Part shown: positions 1-8,603 of the stretch, one piece after another
Layout: every line of letters starts with the position of its first letter
Numbering within the stretch: position 1 is the stretch's first letter
NCBI GenBank assembly: GCA_032128375.1
Contig: JAQBGU010000153.1
Location: 1-17,370 of the forward strand
Source of the DNA: Deltaproteobacteria bacterium
GTDB lineage: Bacteria > Myxococcota_A > UBA9160 > SMWR01
Length of the DNA stretch: 17,370 nt
Reading direction: 5' to 3'
Position numbers and translations under genes: made by a program
The notes under the pieces: model-generated
What the model saw: only the letters and a program-made list of their open reading frames with translations
What the model was told of the DNA's origin: nothing
Databases searched by the model: none

Positions 1-2
1 GC

Positions 3-1214
3 AGCGCACGCCTCAACCTCGCCACCTTCGTCACCACGTGGATGGAGCCGCAGGCCGAGAAACTGATGGCCGAGCGCTTCGCCAAGAACATGATCGACAA
101 GGACGAGTACCCGCAGACGGCGGAGATCGAGCACCGATGCATCAACATCGTCTCGCGTCTGTTCCACGCACCCGAGGAAGGTGTGGGCGCCTCCACCGTT
201 GGATCGAGCGAGGCTGTGATGCTCGCGGGGCTGGCATTCAAGTGGCGCTGGCGCGAGCGCATGCGCGCCCAGGGCAAGCCCAGCGACCGTCCCAACATGA
301 TCATGGGATCCAACGTACAGGTCGTGTGGGAAAAATTTTGCCGCTACTGGGACGTGGAGCCCCGTTATCTGCCGATGGAACGCGGTCGATACGTAATCAC
401 TTCCGAGCAGGTGGTCGACGCAGTGGACGAGAACACGATCGCGGTGGTGGCGATTCTGGGCACTACCTACACGGGCGAGTTCGAGCCCATCGAGGAGATC
501 CACGACGCGCTCGTGCGTGTCAACGCGGAGAAGGGCCTCGAGGTGCCGCTCCACATCGACGGTGCGAGTGGGGCCTTCGTGGCACCTTTTCTGCACCCCG
601 ATCTCGCCTGGGATTTTCGCCTTCCGCTTGTCAAGTCAATCAACGCCTCCGGTCACAAGTATGGTCTCGTCCACCCCGGTGTGGGCTGGGTGGTCTGGCG
701 CAGCCACGAGGACCTGCCCGAGGATCTGATCTTCCACGTCAACTATCTGGGCGGCGACATGCCGACCTTCACGCTCAACTTCTCGCGCGGCGGCAACCAG
801 GTGGTCGGCCAGTACTACAACTTCCTGCGTTTGGGTCGCTCTGGCTACACCCGCATCATGGAGGCGTTGCGCGACACAGCGACCTGGCTCTCGGACGAGA
901 TCGCCCGCATGGGCTGCTTCGAGCTGTTGTCCGATGGGAGCGCGATCCCTGTGTTCGCCTTCAGTGCGAAGAGCGGCACGCCGTTCAGTGTCTTCGACGT
1001 GTCCGCCAGGCTGCGGGAGCGCGGCTGGCAGGTGCCCGCGTACACCATGCCGGAAGGCGCCGAGGACGTGGCCGTTCTGCGCGTGGTGGTGCGCGAGGGA
1101 TTCAGCCGGGACATGGCGACGATGCTCCTCGCCGACCTGAACACCGCCGTGGAGCAGCTCGAAAAGAACCCGTCAGCCAGCGCGAAGGAGACAGCGCCCA
1201 ACTTCGCCCACTGA
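3..1214 (+). CDS. gadB: Glutamate decarboxylase (PLP-dependent), 5' end outside the window
   Basis: The frame is open from base 3 (SARLNLATFVTTWMEP), so ATG 42 is internal. GAD motifs: NLATFVTT, KNMIDKDEYP, STVGSSEA, VVWEKF, HIDGASG, SINASGHKYG (PLP lysine), GWQVPAY. TGA at 1212-1214. Confidence 0.96.
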   Translation, partial: SARLNLATFVTTWMEPQAEKLMAERFAKNMIDKDEYPQTAEIEHRCINIVSRLFHAPEEGVGASTVGSSEAVMLAGLAFKWRWRERMRAQGKPSDRPNMIMGSNVQVVWEKFCRYWDVEPRYLPMERGRYVITSEQVVDAVDENTIAVVAILGTTYTGEFEPIEEIHDALVRVNAEKGLEVPLHIDGASGAFVAPFLHPDLAWDFRLPLVKSINASGHKYGLVHPGVGWVVWRSHEDLPEDLIFHVNYLGGDMPTFTLNFSRGGNQVVGQYYNFLRLGRSGYTRIMEALRDTATWLSDEIARMGCFELLSDGSAIPVFAFSAKSGTPFSVFDVSARLRERGWQVPAYTMPEGAEDVAVLRVVVREGFSRDMATMLLADLNTAVEQLEKNPSASAKETAPNFAH

Positions 1215-1461
1215 GCACAAGCAGAAGCTAGCCCGGTCGGGCCTCATCCGGAGAGGATGTCGGCGACCGCAATCCGCGCACTGCATGCGTGTGCCAGAGA
1301 CTCCGACGCCGGACTGATCGACCGATGGCGCGGCCGGAATCCGTCTGCCGTTGTGCGACGCGGGCCTGCGACCATTCTGAGCGCGCATGGTCGTCGCCTA
1401 TCTGGTATATACCCGCCACCGCGAATCACTGACTTTTTCTCCAGTATCAAGGAGCCCTGAA

Positions 1462-2031
1462 ATGAATGAACTCATCACCACGCGTGTCGCGAAATTCGCG
1501 ACCTCCATCGCTACCTGCTTGGCAATCACCTTTGTCGCCGGAACAGCGCTGGCAGAGGGTGCTGCCGAACTCGAAAGCGAGGCAATCGCTGCACTCGAAC
1601 GTCTGTACGAATCCACTCCCGCCGCAATCACACTCGGCAAAGACGCAAAGGGCATCCTGATCTTTCCGCAGGTCGGCAAGGTCGGGTTCATCTTCGCCGG
1701 TGAGTTCGGTGTCGGCGCGCTCCGCAAGGATGGGATGACGGCGGGTTACTACAACATCGCCGAAGTGTCGGCGGGCTACCAGGCTGGCGTCGAGAAGTTC
1801 TCTTACGCGCTCTTCTTCATGACGGATTCGGCACTCAGCTACCTCGACAAGAGCGGAGGCTTTTCACTCGGCGCGGGACCATCGTTGACCGTGGCCGACA
1901 AGGGTTTTGCGGCGTCGATGAACACGTCCACCGTGCGCAGCGACATCTACGCCTTCACGTTCGGCCAGGCAGGTCTGATGGGAGGCGTGAGCCTGAAGGG
2001 CTCGAAAATCACGCAATACCATCCGAACTAG
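1462..2031 (+). CDS. YSC84/SYLF-like lipid-binding domain protein with signal peptide
   Basis: RBS AAGGAG at 1449-1454 before ATG 1462. Signal peptide ends TALA-E. Family-like motifs AKGILIFPQVGKVGFIFAGEFGVGAL, SAGYQAG, GLMGGVSLKGSKIT. Confidence 0.85.
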   Translation: MNELITTRVAKFATSIATCLAITFVAGTALAEGAAELESEAIAALERLYESTPAAITLGKDAKGILIFPQVGKVGFIFAGEFGVGALRKDGMTAGYYNIAEVSAGYQAGVEKFSYALFFMTDSALSYLDKSGGFSLGAGPSLTVADKGFAASMNTSTVRSDIYAFTFGQAGLMGGVSLKGSKITQYHPN

Positions 2032-2375
2032 GTCGTCCGACGACAGATTTCCGCAATGCCGTGCGTTCGAGATGGACTGGAACTCCGAACGCGGACATGA
2101 CACACCAGTGTTTCGTGATCATGTTCGCGCGCCGCGCACTGGCGCATGTTCGCCGCGGGCTGTCTACTTTCCTGCGGTCCGTCGCTCGAGTCCCCACTTC
2201 GTCGACCTGCTCATTGGCAGTGAGTCAAGCTGACGCCTTGCTCGCGCACGTCGCAATGATCGAGGAGTCCGGAATGCTCACATTCTGTACGAGCGTCTCA
2301 AAAGACGTTGGCCCGCGTCGCGAACACAAGGATCCCCGGCGCCGAGCACAAGTTGGGTGGAGGCGCGCACTTCAA

Positions 2376-2732
2376 ATGACGCAGACGATCATGATGTTGC
2401 TGCTCATGGTTCCGTTACTCGTCTTGGGGGCCTGCGTCGACAACGATCGATTCGGTCTTCCGGCAAAGACCTGTGCGGATGCCGTGAGAATCTACCGGGG
2501 CCTTCCGAACCCGGTGGAGATCGAGGGCCAGCCGGAAGAGACCACCGACGGGATCGTCGAGATTCGCTTCCAGTCGATGAACGCTGAGAACATTCCCGTT
2601 ACCGGCGATGCCACCTGCGAGTTCACAGTTGGCGCCGATGGATCGCTATCCCTCGACGCGGCCTCTGTCGAAGGAAGTCCGCTGCCCGAAGCGGATCTCG
2701 CAGCGATCAACCGAGAACTGGGCAGAGGCTGA
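2376..2732 (+). CDS. Hypothetical lipoprotein (118 aa)
   Basis: GGAGG at 2359-2363, then ATG 2376 (ATGs at 2391/2394 are alternatives). A hydrophobic stretch ends in lipobox LGAC. The mature part is acidic with two more Cys. The ORF-track extension to 2061 looks non-coding. Confidence 0.7.
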   Translation: MTQTIMMLLLMVPLLVLGACVDNDRFGLPAKTCADAVRIYRGLPNPVEIEGQPEETTDGIVEIRFQSMNAENIPVTGDATCEFTVGADGSLSLDAASVEGSPLPEADLAAINRELGRG

Positions 2733-2775
2733 TCCGTCCTCCGGCCCCGTTCAGACGTCAGGAAGGTCGGCCTGT

Positions 2776-3705
2776 GTGAAAAATGGATTGATCCAATTGG
2801 CGAAAGAGCCGCTGGTCCAGTTCGTGCTCATCGGGACGTGTATCTACGGGTTGTACGCGCGTTATGGCACTCCGCCAGTGGACGTTGCCGACCACACCAT
2901 CATCGTCGATGCGGCCCGCGTCGAGTCATTCATCGACCAATGGGAAAAGCGCTGGAATCGTCCGCCGACCCGGCAGGAGTTCGACGGCCTAATCAACGCA
3001 TTCGTGCGCGAGGACATTCTGTATCGCCAAGCAATCGCGATGGGCCTCGATCAGGATGACCCCATCACCCGGCGGCGCATGGCCCAGAAGCTCGAGTTCC
3101 TGACCAGCGATATCGCGCTATTCAACGAGCCGGACACCGGCGAACTCGAGCAGTATTTCGACGAGCATCGGGCGCGCTACCGCGACGACGACCTGATCAC
3201 CTTCAATCAGGTGTTTTTCGATCCGGACCTGCGCGATGAAGCGACGCTCGAAGATGCAGCGCGAATGCTCGCGCGTCTCGACGCCGCTGGCGTCCCCGAT
3301 CCCGTCACGCTCGATGCCGGGGATCGCTTCATGTTGCAGGGGTATTTCGAAGAAGTCTCCGAACTCGAGGTCCAACGCCAGCTTGGCTCAGGCTTCGCGG
3401 AATCGGTGATGCAGCTCGAGCCGAGACGCTGGCACGGCCCCGTGCTGTCCGGCTACGGCGTGCACCTGGTCTACATCCATCAGCTGCGAGCGGCGGCGGC
3501 GCCCGTTTTCGAAGACGTCAAACACAGTGTCCTCGCAGACTGGCAGCAGATGCAGCAGCAGAAATTCAATGCCGCGTTCTATCAAAGCCTCAAGAGCCGA
3601 TACGACATCGTCATAGCCGAGCCGCCGGACGCAAGGATGCTTCCCGATACCGGCGACGAAAACGAATCCGGCACACACGACCCAGCGGAGCACCCTTCGC
3701 GATGA
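2776..3705 (+). CDS. PpiC/rotamase-like peptidyl-prolyl cis-trans isomerase family protein, membrane anchored
   Basis: GTG 2776 after GGAAGG. Motifs KEPLVQFVLIG (TM), VREDILYRQAIAMGLDQDDPITRRRMAQKLEFL and WHGPVLSGYGVHLV. Stop overlaps the next start (ATGA 3702-3705). Confidence 0.85.
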   Translation: MKNGLIQLAKEPLVQFVLIGTCIYGLYARYGTPPVDVADHTIIVDAARVESFIDQWEKRWNRPPTRQEFDGLINAFVREDILYRQAIAMGLDQDDPITRRRMAQKLEFLTSDIALFNEPDTGELEQYFDEHRARYRDDDLITFNQVFFDPDLRDEATLEDAARMLARLDAAGVPDPVTLDAGDRFMLQGYFEEVSELEVQRQLGSGFAESVMQLEPRRWHGPVLSGYGVHLVYIHQLRAAAAPVFEDVKHSVLADWQQMQQQKFNAAFYQSLKSRYDIVIAEPPDARMLPDTGDENESGTHDPAEHPSR

Positions 3706-4727
3706 ATGGCGTTCGCGAACGCCACGAAGCGGGACGGCGCGGCTCGAGAGCATGCCTGTTGTTGGGCTTACTCCTGGCTCCGTTGAACTTGTTCGCGGAC
3801 GAGATCCGCCCGGCCCTGCTGGAAATCACTGAACGTGAAGGCGGCTGGATCGAGGTAGTCTGGAAAGTTCCGATGCGTGGCAACGCGGCTGAAGAGCTGA
3901 CTCCGGTTCTGCCCGAATTCCTCGAGCCCGTCGGCGCCGGTTCGGGCCGGTCCGTTCCGGGCGCCTGGCTCGAAACCAAGACATTCCGCAGCTCGCAACG
4001 GACACTGACAGGTGCAACCCTGCGCATCGACGGACTGAGCGTTTTCCCGACTGACGTGCTGGTGCGCGTCAGCTTGCGCGACGGAACGGAGCACTCCGCG
4101 GTGCTGCGTTCCGGCAACGAGTCATTCACCATTCCCGAGTTGGCCACCCGGGTCGAGCTCGCCGTCTCGTACTGGCAGATGGGTACCCTCCACATCCTGG
4201 AAGGATCCGATCACCTGCTGTTTCTGCTGACCCTTCTGCTCATCGTAACAGGCATCTGGCCGGTCTTGAAAACGGTCACTGCATTCACCGTAGCCCACAG
4301 CTTGACGCTGGCGCTGGCGACCCTTGGCGTTGTCAATCTGCCATCAGCGCCCACAGAGGCCGTGATCTCGCTCAGCATCATGCTTCTGGCGGTCGAAGTC
4401 GTGCGCAAGAACGCCGGCGAACAGACCTTGTCGGAGCGCTTTCCCTGGCTAGTCGCCTTCAGCTTCGGGCTGGTGCATGGGTTGGGTTTTGCCGGGGCGC
4501 TATCCGAAATCGGCGTGCCGCAGAACGAAGTACCGCTCGCACTGCTGATGTTCAACGTCGGCGTCGAGACAGGCCAGGTGATGTTCGTGGTTGCAGTATC
4601 GGGGCTGCTGGCAGGACTCCACAAATGGCACGGTCATACAGCCCAATGGGTCGCTCGCACGAGCCCTTACGCCATCGGAGGTACCGCTGCATTCTGGACC
4701 CTGCAACGGATAGGATCCTTCTTGTAA
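3702..4727 (+). CDS. HupE/UreJ family membrane protein (HupE_UreJ_2 type) with N-terminal periplasmic domain
   Basis: Signal peptide then DEIRPALLEITE. Motifs GTLHILEGSDHLLFL, TAFTVAHSLTL, EAVISLSI, FGLVHGLGFAGAL, FNVGVETGQ. Confidence 0.9.
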   Translation: MNGVRERHEAGRRGSRACLLLGLLLAPLNLFADEIRPALLEITEREGGWIEVVWKVPMRGNAAEELTPVLPEFLEPVGAGSGRSVPGAWLETKTFRSSQRTLTGATLRIDGLSVFPTDVLVRVSLRDGTEHSAVLRSGNESFTIPELATRVELAVSYWQMGTLHILEGSDHLLFLLTLLLIVTGIWPVLKTVTAFTVAHSLTLALATLGVVNLPSAPTEAVISLSIMLLAVEVVRKNAGEQTLSERFPWLVAFSFGLVHGLGFAGALSEIGVPQNEVPLALLMFNVGVETGQVMFVVAVSGLLAGLHKWHGHTAQWVARTSPYAIGGTAAFWTLQRIGSFL

Positions 4728-6292
4728 ACGACTAGTGCACGCTCCGCAACTGAGCCCAATCCAAGGTCGAAGACGCCGGCACCGAGGTCAATCTGGCCAC
4801 GCCCAACCACCACGACGTTCTCCGATTCGAGTGCGAGCGCCTTTGCGACCGCAATTCCTTTGTCGACTCCGAACTCGGCGACTACACAACCGAAGCCGGT
4901 CCCAGCCGGCGCACCGGGCGAGAGGAGCGCTGGAAGCGACAGCCGAAGCACGTTCATCGCGAATGCTTGGCCATAATCCGACGCGAAGCTGCCGTCTCGC
5001 GCGACCGCGCTGAACGCGCCTCCAAGGTTCGATCGGAGTTCGGCCGCTGACTTCCCGTGGCTGTTGAGGGCAGCCGACGCGTAGAGGACGCCCGTCGACC
5101 CCGTCTTACTCCCGAGTTGCGTCAGCCAGAAGTCGAGGTCTACATCGTTCGCCTCGAGGCCCAGGGTCAGGACCGGTTCCGGCATGTGCGCGCCGACTTG
5201 CAGCTCCGCTCGCAGTGAGCCTCCAAGACTCCCGGCTCCCACTTCACGGATCACCAAATGACCGTCGTCGAGCTTCAGAATCAGGCTCAGGTCTTGGAGT
5301 TTGAGGTTTTCGTCGATCGTGACGCGGTCGACGAGCAGCTCGATATCCGCGTCGATGGCACGCAGCCGTTCCACGGGCAGCGGATCGCCGCCGGACCACC
5401 ATCTGTCCAAAGGAAGCTCGGGCACACCGATCAGCTTCGAGGATCGGGGGCTCCTGCCAGGCCAGACCTGCTCGAAGTCAATGTGACGTGATGCGACCCG
5501 CGCATGGATGTTTGGCCGCGTCCCGGCGATGAACGCCGCTGAAGCGGTGCCGATGAGTGCGCTTTCTCCGAAACGCATATTTCCAGTCATGCTGGCCTTT
5601 TCGTCGGAGCCCGTGATGTGTCCTTCGAACGAAACCGGGCCGGTCTCGGGCCACTCGACGCCGACGAGCGCACCCAGCGTCCCGAGGCTCGCAGCTTCGA
5701 ACGTGGCGTCCACGGTGATTTCGTCGACATTGTGCAGATCGCTGATCGCGCCGGAAAAGTCGACCTTGAAGCCCCCTCTCCGACCTCCCGTCACAAATAG
5801 TCGTTCGACTCCCAGAGGGCCCTTTCGATCGCTCAAGACGCCACCGCCCTGCATCGGGCCCACGTCCGGGAGCGCTCGTCTGCCCGGGATCTGCAGATGG
5901 CGAAGATCTGCGACACCGAATTGTGCAGAGACATGAACGCCCGCGAGATTCGCCAGGTCCGCGATCGAGCCGTCGAGCTCCAGCCACGTCGCGGCGTGCT
6001 CGCCCACGAGCACCGCGAGATCCTCGACGCCGACCGCGCCCACGCACCCGCGCAGTCGTCCGTGTGCTTTCACGGGCCCGAGGGCCGGGAGCGAGCGCTC
6101 GAGCCCGAGGGATTCTCCGATCAACGCGAGATCGCGCGAACGGACATCGAGGGCGATGTCCGTGGCAGCCGACAGTTCGCTCTCGACGAGGGTGCGCGCC
6201 GAACCGGCGAGTGAGCCGACCCACCACTCCGCGACCAGGCCGACAACAACCACGCCTGTGCAGAAGATCACGAACTTGGCAAGACGACTCAT
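4667..6292 (-). pseudogene. AsmA-family (repeating beta-groove) protein, apparently 3'-truncated and possibly internally deleted
   Basis: N-terminal TM, then AsmA-like segments DPLPVERLRAIDADIEL, LKLDDGHLVI, LRSNLGG, CVVAEFGVDKGIA, VVVGRGQIDL. Similarity stops near 4770, and the frame runs 61 nt antisense into the HupE gene instead of ending in a normal C-terminus. Confidence 0.7.
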
Positions 6293-6645
6293 GTGCGGCG
6301 GCGCAACCCCCGGCGGTTGGCGAAGATCCTACTCCAACCCCGAAGTGGTAACCGACTTCACTTTCACTTTCGGCGGCGCGTCGATACTGCATGCTGCGTT
6401 CGCAGATCGCCCGAGGCCGTCACAGCCTCGTCGGCTGCGCCCGTGGTCTTCCCGCCGATCGGGGATCGCTTGATCGCGCTGGGCCGAAGGCTTTCGCGAA
6501 TCGGAAGAGCTCAAGATTCTCCTCGCCGAAATACAAGCTGAGAGGCCTGCTCGCGCTAATTCGACCCGGCCCTAGCAGACATCGCAGTCAGTCTTCCGCT
6601 CGCGTTTCTTTCGCGCGGAATTGAGATAGCAGGCTCCGCATTTGG

Positions 6646-7104
6646 CTACTTCCCGTAAAACGAAGCCAGTTGATCGAGTAAGCGTTCGACGATGGAGAAC
6701 TCGCTCGTCACGGGCTTCTCGGAAAACTGCTGGTCCGCGTACTGCTTTGCATCGTCGTTGAGTTCCTTGATTCGCTGGTAGGCGTATTTGGTCTCCGCCT
6801 GCCCCTTTCCGTTCTTCAACTCAGCGGCGAGATGCATCGACTCGGAGTGCATGACCCGCACATTGTCTCTGAACTCGTGATAGGACTCGCCGCCGACACC
6901 GAATGCGCCGCCCGCAGGCGACCCCTCGGAATACAACTCGGTGTAGAGCTTCTCGGTGGCCTGCGGGAGCTGCTCAGCGATCTTTGTGGCAGCTGCCTGG
7001 TCCCAATTCGCCGACCAAACGGGGGATGAAACGACAGTCATCAAGGCGGCCACCCCGGTGAAGAATCGCAGGGGCGAACGATCAGTGGATCGGCTCATGA
7101 TCAT
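6646..7104 (-). CDS. Hypothetical secreted helical protein (~150 aa)
   Basis: RBS-like GGGAGAG (7109-7115) before ATG 7104 or 7098. Signal peptide ...AALMTVVSSPVWS-ANWDQ. Amphipathic helical pattern. Confidence 0.75.
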   Translation of the reverse strand: MIMSRSTDRSPLRFFTGVAALMTVVSSPVWSANWDQAAATKIAEQLPQATEKLYTELYSEGSPAGGAFGVGGESYHEFRDNVRVMHSESMHLAAELKNGKGQAETKYAYQRIKELNDDAKQYADQQFSEKPVTSEFSIVERLLDQLASFYGK

Positions 7105-7147
7105 GAATCTCTCCCGAAACAATGCATGAAGTGATTTTCGCGGCGGC

Positions 7148-7327
7148 CTATACGTCGTCCATTTCACGGCGCTCTTCTTCGGTCATCTCGAGTTGGTCCG
7201 GATCGATCGGCGTCGCTGCGTCCACCGTGTCGGGAACTCCGCGTTCCATCTCATCCTTGCCGCAAGCGGAAAGAAAGCTCACCAGTACCGCGCACAGCAG
7301 GATCGCATGGGCGAAAATGCGTCTCAT
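7148..7327 (-). CDS. Small acidic lipoprotein (59 aa)
   Basis: RBS GGAGGAA (7332-7338) before ATG 7327. MRRIFAHAILLCAVLVSFLSAC carries lipobox LSAC, followed by an acidic tail. Confidence 0.7.
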   Translation of the reverse strand: MRRIFAHAILLCAVLVSFLSACGKDEMERGVPDTVDAATPIDPDQLEMTEEERREMDDV

Positions 7328-7402
7328 ATCATTCCTCCAAGTGGGTCCGGCCGGGATTCTACGTCTCGACCCTGCGGTCGTCATCAGGAGTGATTCAACG
7401 CA

Positions 7403-7632
7403 ATGATTCGCCAAGTGGAAGTCCGCAGAGCCTGCGCTCCGAGCCTTGCTCTAGGTGTCGTCGGCGCTTCGTTGTAGCCGTGCTCTTGCTGGTGTTTCAC
7501 CTCAACGGCCGCCCGAACCTGAAAGTTTGGCACACAACCCAGCCCTGGCCGTGTAGCAGGAGCGACTCGGGCACCTGGCACAATCTCCAGCAGCGCGGCA
7601 CTCGTGCCGAATATCCTGATCAAGGTTCTCAT
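7403..7632. pseudogene. Collapsed remnants of two convergent genes
   Basis: + strand: AGGAG, ATG 7403, MIRQ...LALGVVGA / frameshift / FVVAVLLLVFHLNGRPNLKVWHT / ALAV*QERLGHL. From memory this resembles non-adjacent parts of a membrane-anchored alpha/beta hydrolase. - strand: GAAGGAG plus ATG 7632, MRTLIRIFGTSAALL, a signal-peptide-like stub. Confidence 0.4.
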
Positions 7633-7763
7633 GGACACTCCTTCGATGCGCCGAGCGTCACTCGAAAGAGGCCGGGCCGCCAGTGCGGCGCCGAGCCATT
7701 TCATCGGTCGAATCCGCAAGCTTTTGTCCTGAGGTCATGCACGAGTTTCGCCACGGAGACACG

Positions 7764-8506
7764 ATGAGCTCGGCGCAAGAGATTCCCGTCATCGTCGGAG
7801 TCGGACAGCTCTTACAACGCGCGGAAGATCCGCGGGAGGCGGCCGAGCCGCTGGAGATGACGCTCGCGGTACTCGAGCAGGCGGGCAGCGACTCGGGGGC
7901 CCGGGGTCTGCTGCAGCGCGCGACTTCGATGTACGTGATTCGTGGGCTGTGGGGCTACGGAGACCCCGGGCGCGAGCTCGCACGCAAGCTCGGCGCGAAG
8001 CTCGATGAAACCGTCAGCACGCCGTACGGCGGCAATTTCTCGCAAGCCTGCGTGATCGACGCTGCGCGCGCAATTCAAGCGGGCAAGCGCGACGTCGTGC
8101 TGATCACGGGTGCGGAAAACGGTCGCAGCTTGGGACAGGCCCAGCGCCTGGGCATAGACCTTCGGCAGACGCCCGTGCCTGGCGCCCCGGACCGACTCGT
8201 CGCGGTATCTACTCCACCACCCCTCCGAGCGACGGCTTCCGTTGCGAAAACCTCCAGGATCAAGTCGATGCCCAGCCGCTGCGCGAAGCGCTGGTCGACT
8301 TCGTGGGAGAGATCACGATCGAGGCGTACACCGTCGCGCATCGAGCCGGCGAACCCCATTTGGGCCATGCGTCGTGTCTCACCGATGACGGTCGGCGCAC
8401 CTGGGGGACGGTCGAAGACCCAGCCATCCTGGAGGCGATGACCCGACAGGAATTCTGCGGCCGTCGAGGGCAGCTCGACGGTACTGGTAAGCTGAGCTTG
8501 GACTAG
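7764..8506 (+). pseudogene. Acetyl-CoA acetyltransferase (thiolase-like) with large out-of-frame internal deletion
   Basis: GGAG plus ATG 7764 gives an N-terminal ~147 aa (PVIVGVGQ, EPLEM, YGDPGR, GGNFSQ, VVLITGAE). At ~8204 another frame gives the family C-terminal 100 aa (GIYSTTPP, TIEAYTV, LTDDGRRTWG, EFCGR) to TAG 8506. The central thiolase region is absent. Confidence 0.85.
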
Positions 8507-8603
8507 AGTCTCGAGCTGAAACAATGACTGCCAAAATGGGTCGCCAACGCAGTGGTCATCGAGGATCACTCACTGAAGATCACTCACGAAAGACGAGGTT
8601 ACC

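Noticed and set aside
38..1231. 397-aa alternative-frame ORF over gad
   Set aside because: R/G-rich shadow frame typical of high-GC DNA; the GAD frame has all the motifs.
6293..6645. Possible small gene or remnant upstream of the AsmA-like gene (also 14369-14600)
   Set aside because: Short ORFs have no recognisable motif or convincing start; they may be debris but I cannot support a call.
8195..8215. Programmed frameshift in the thiolase-like gene
   Set aside because: No slippery sequence is present, and the joined product would still lack the central region.
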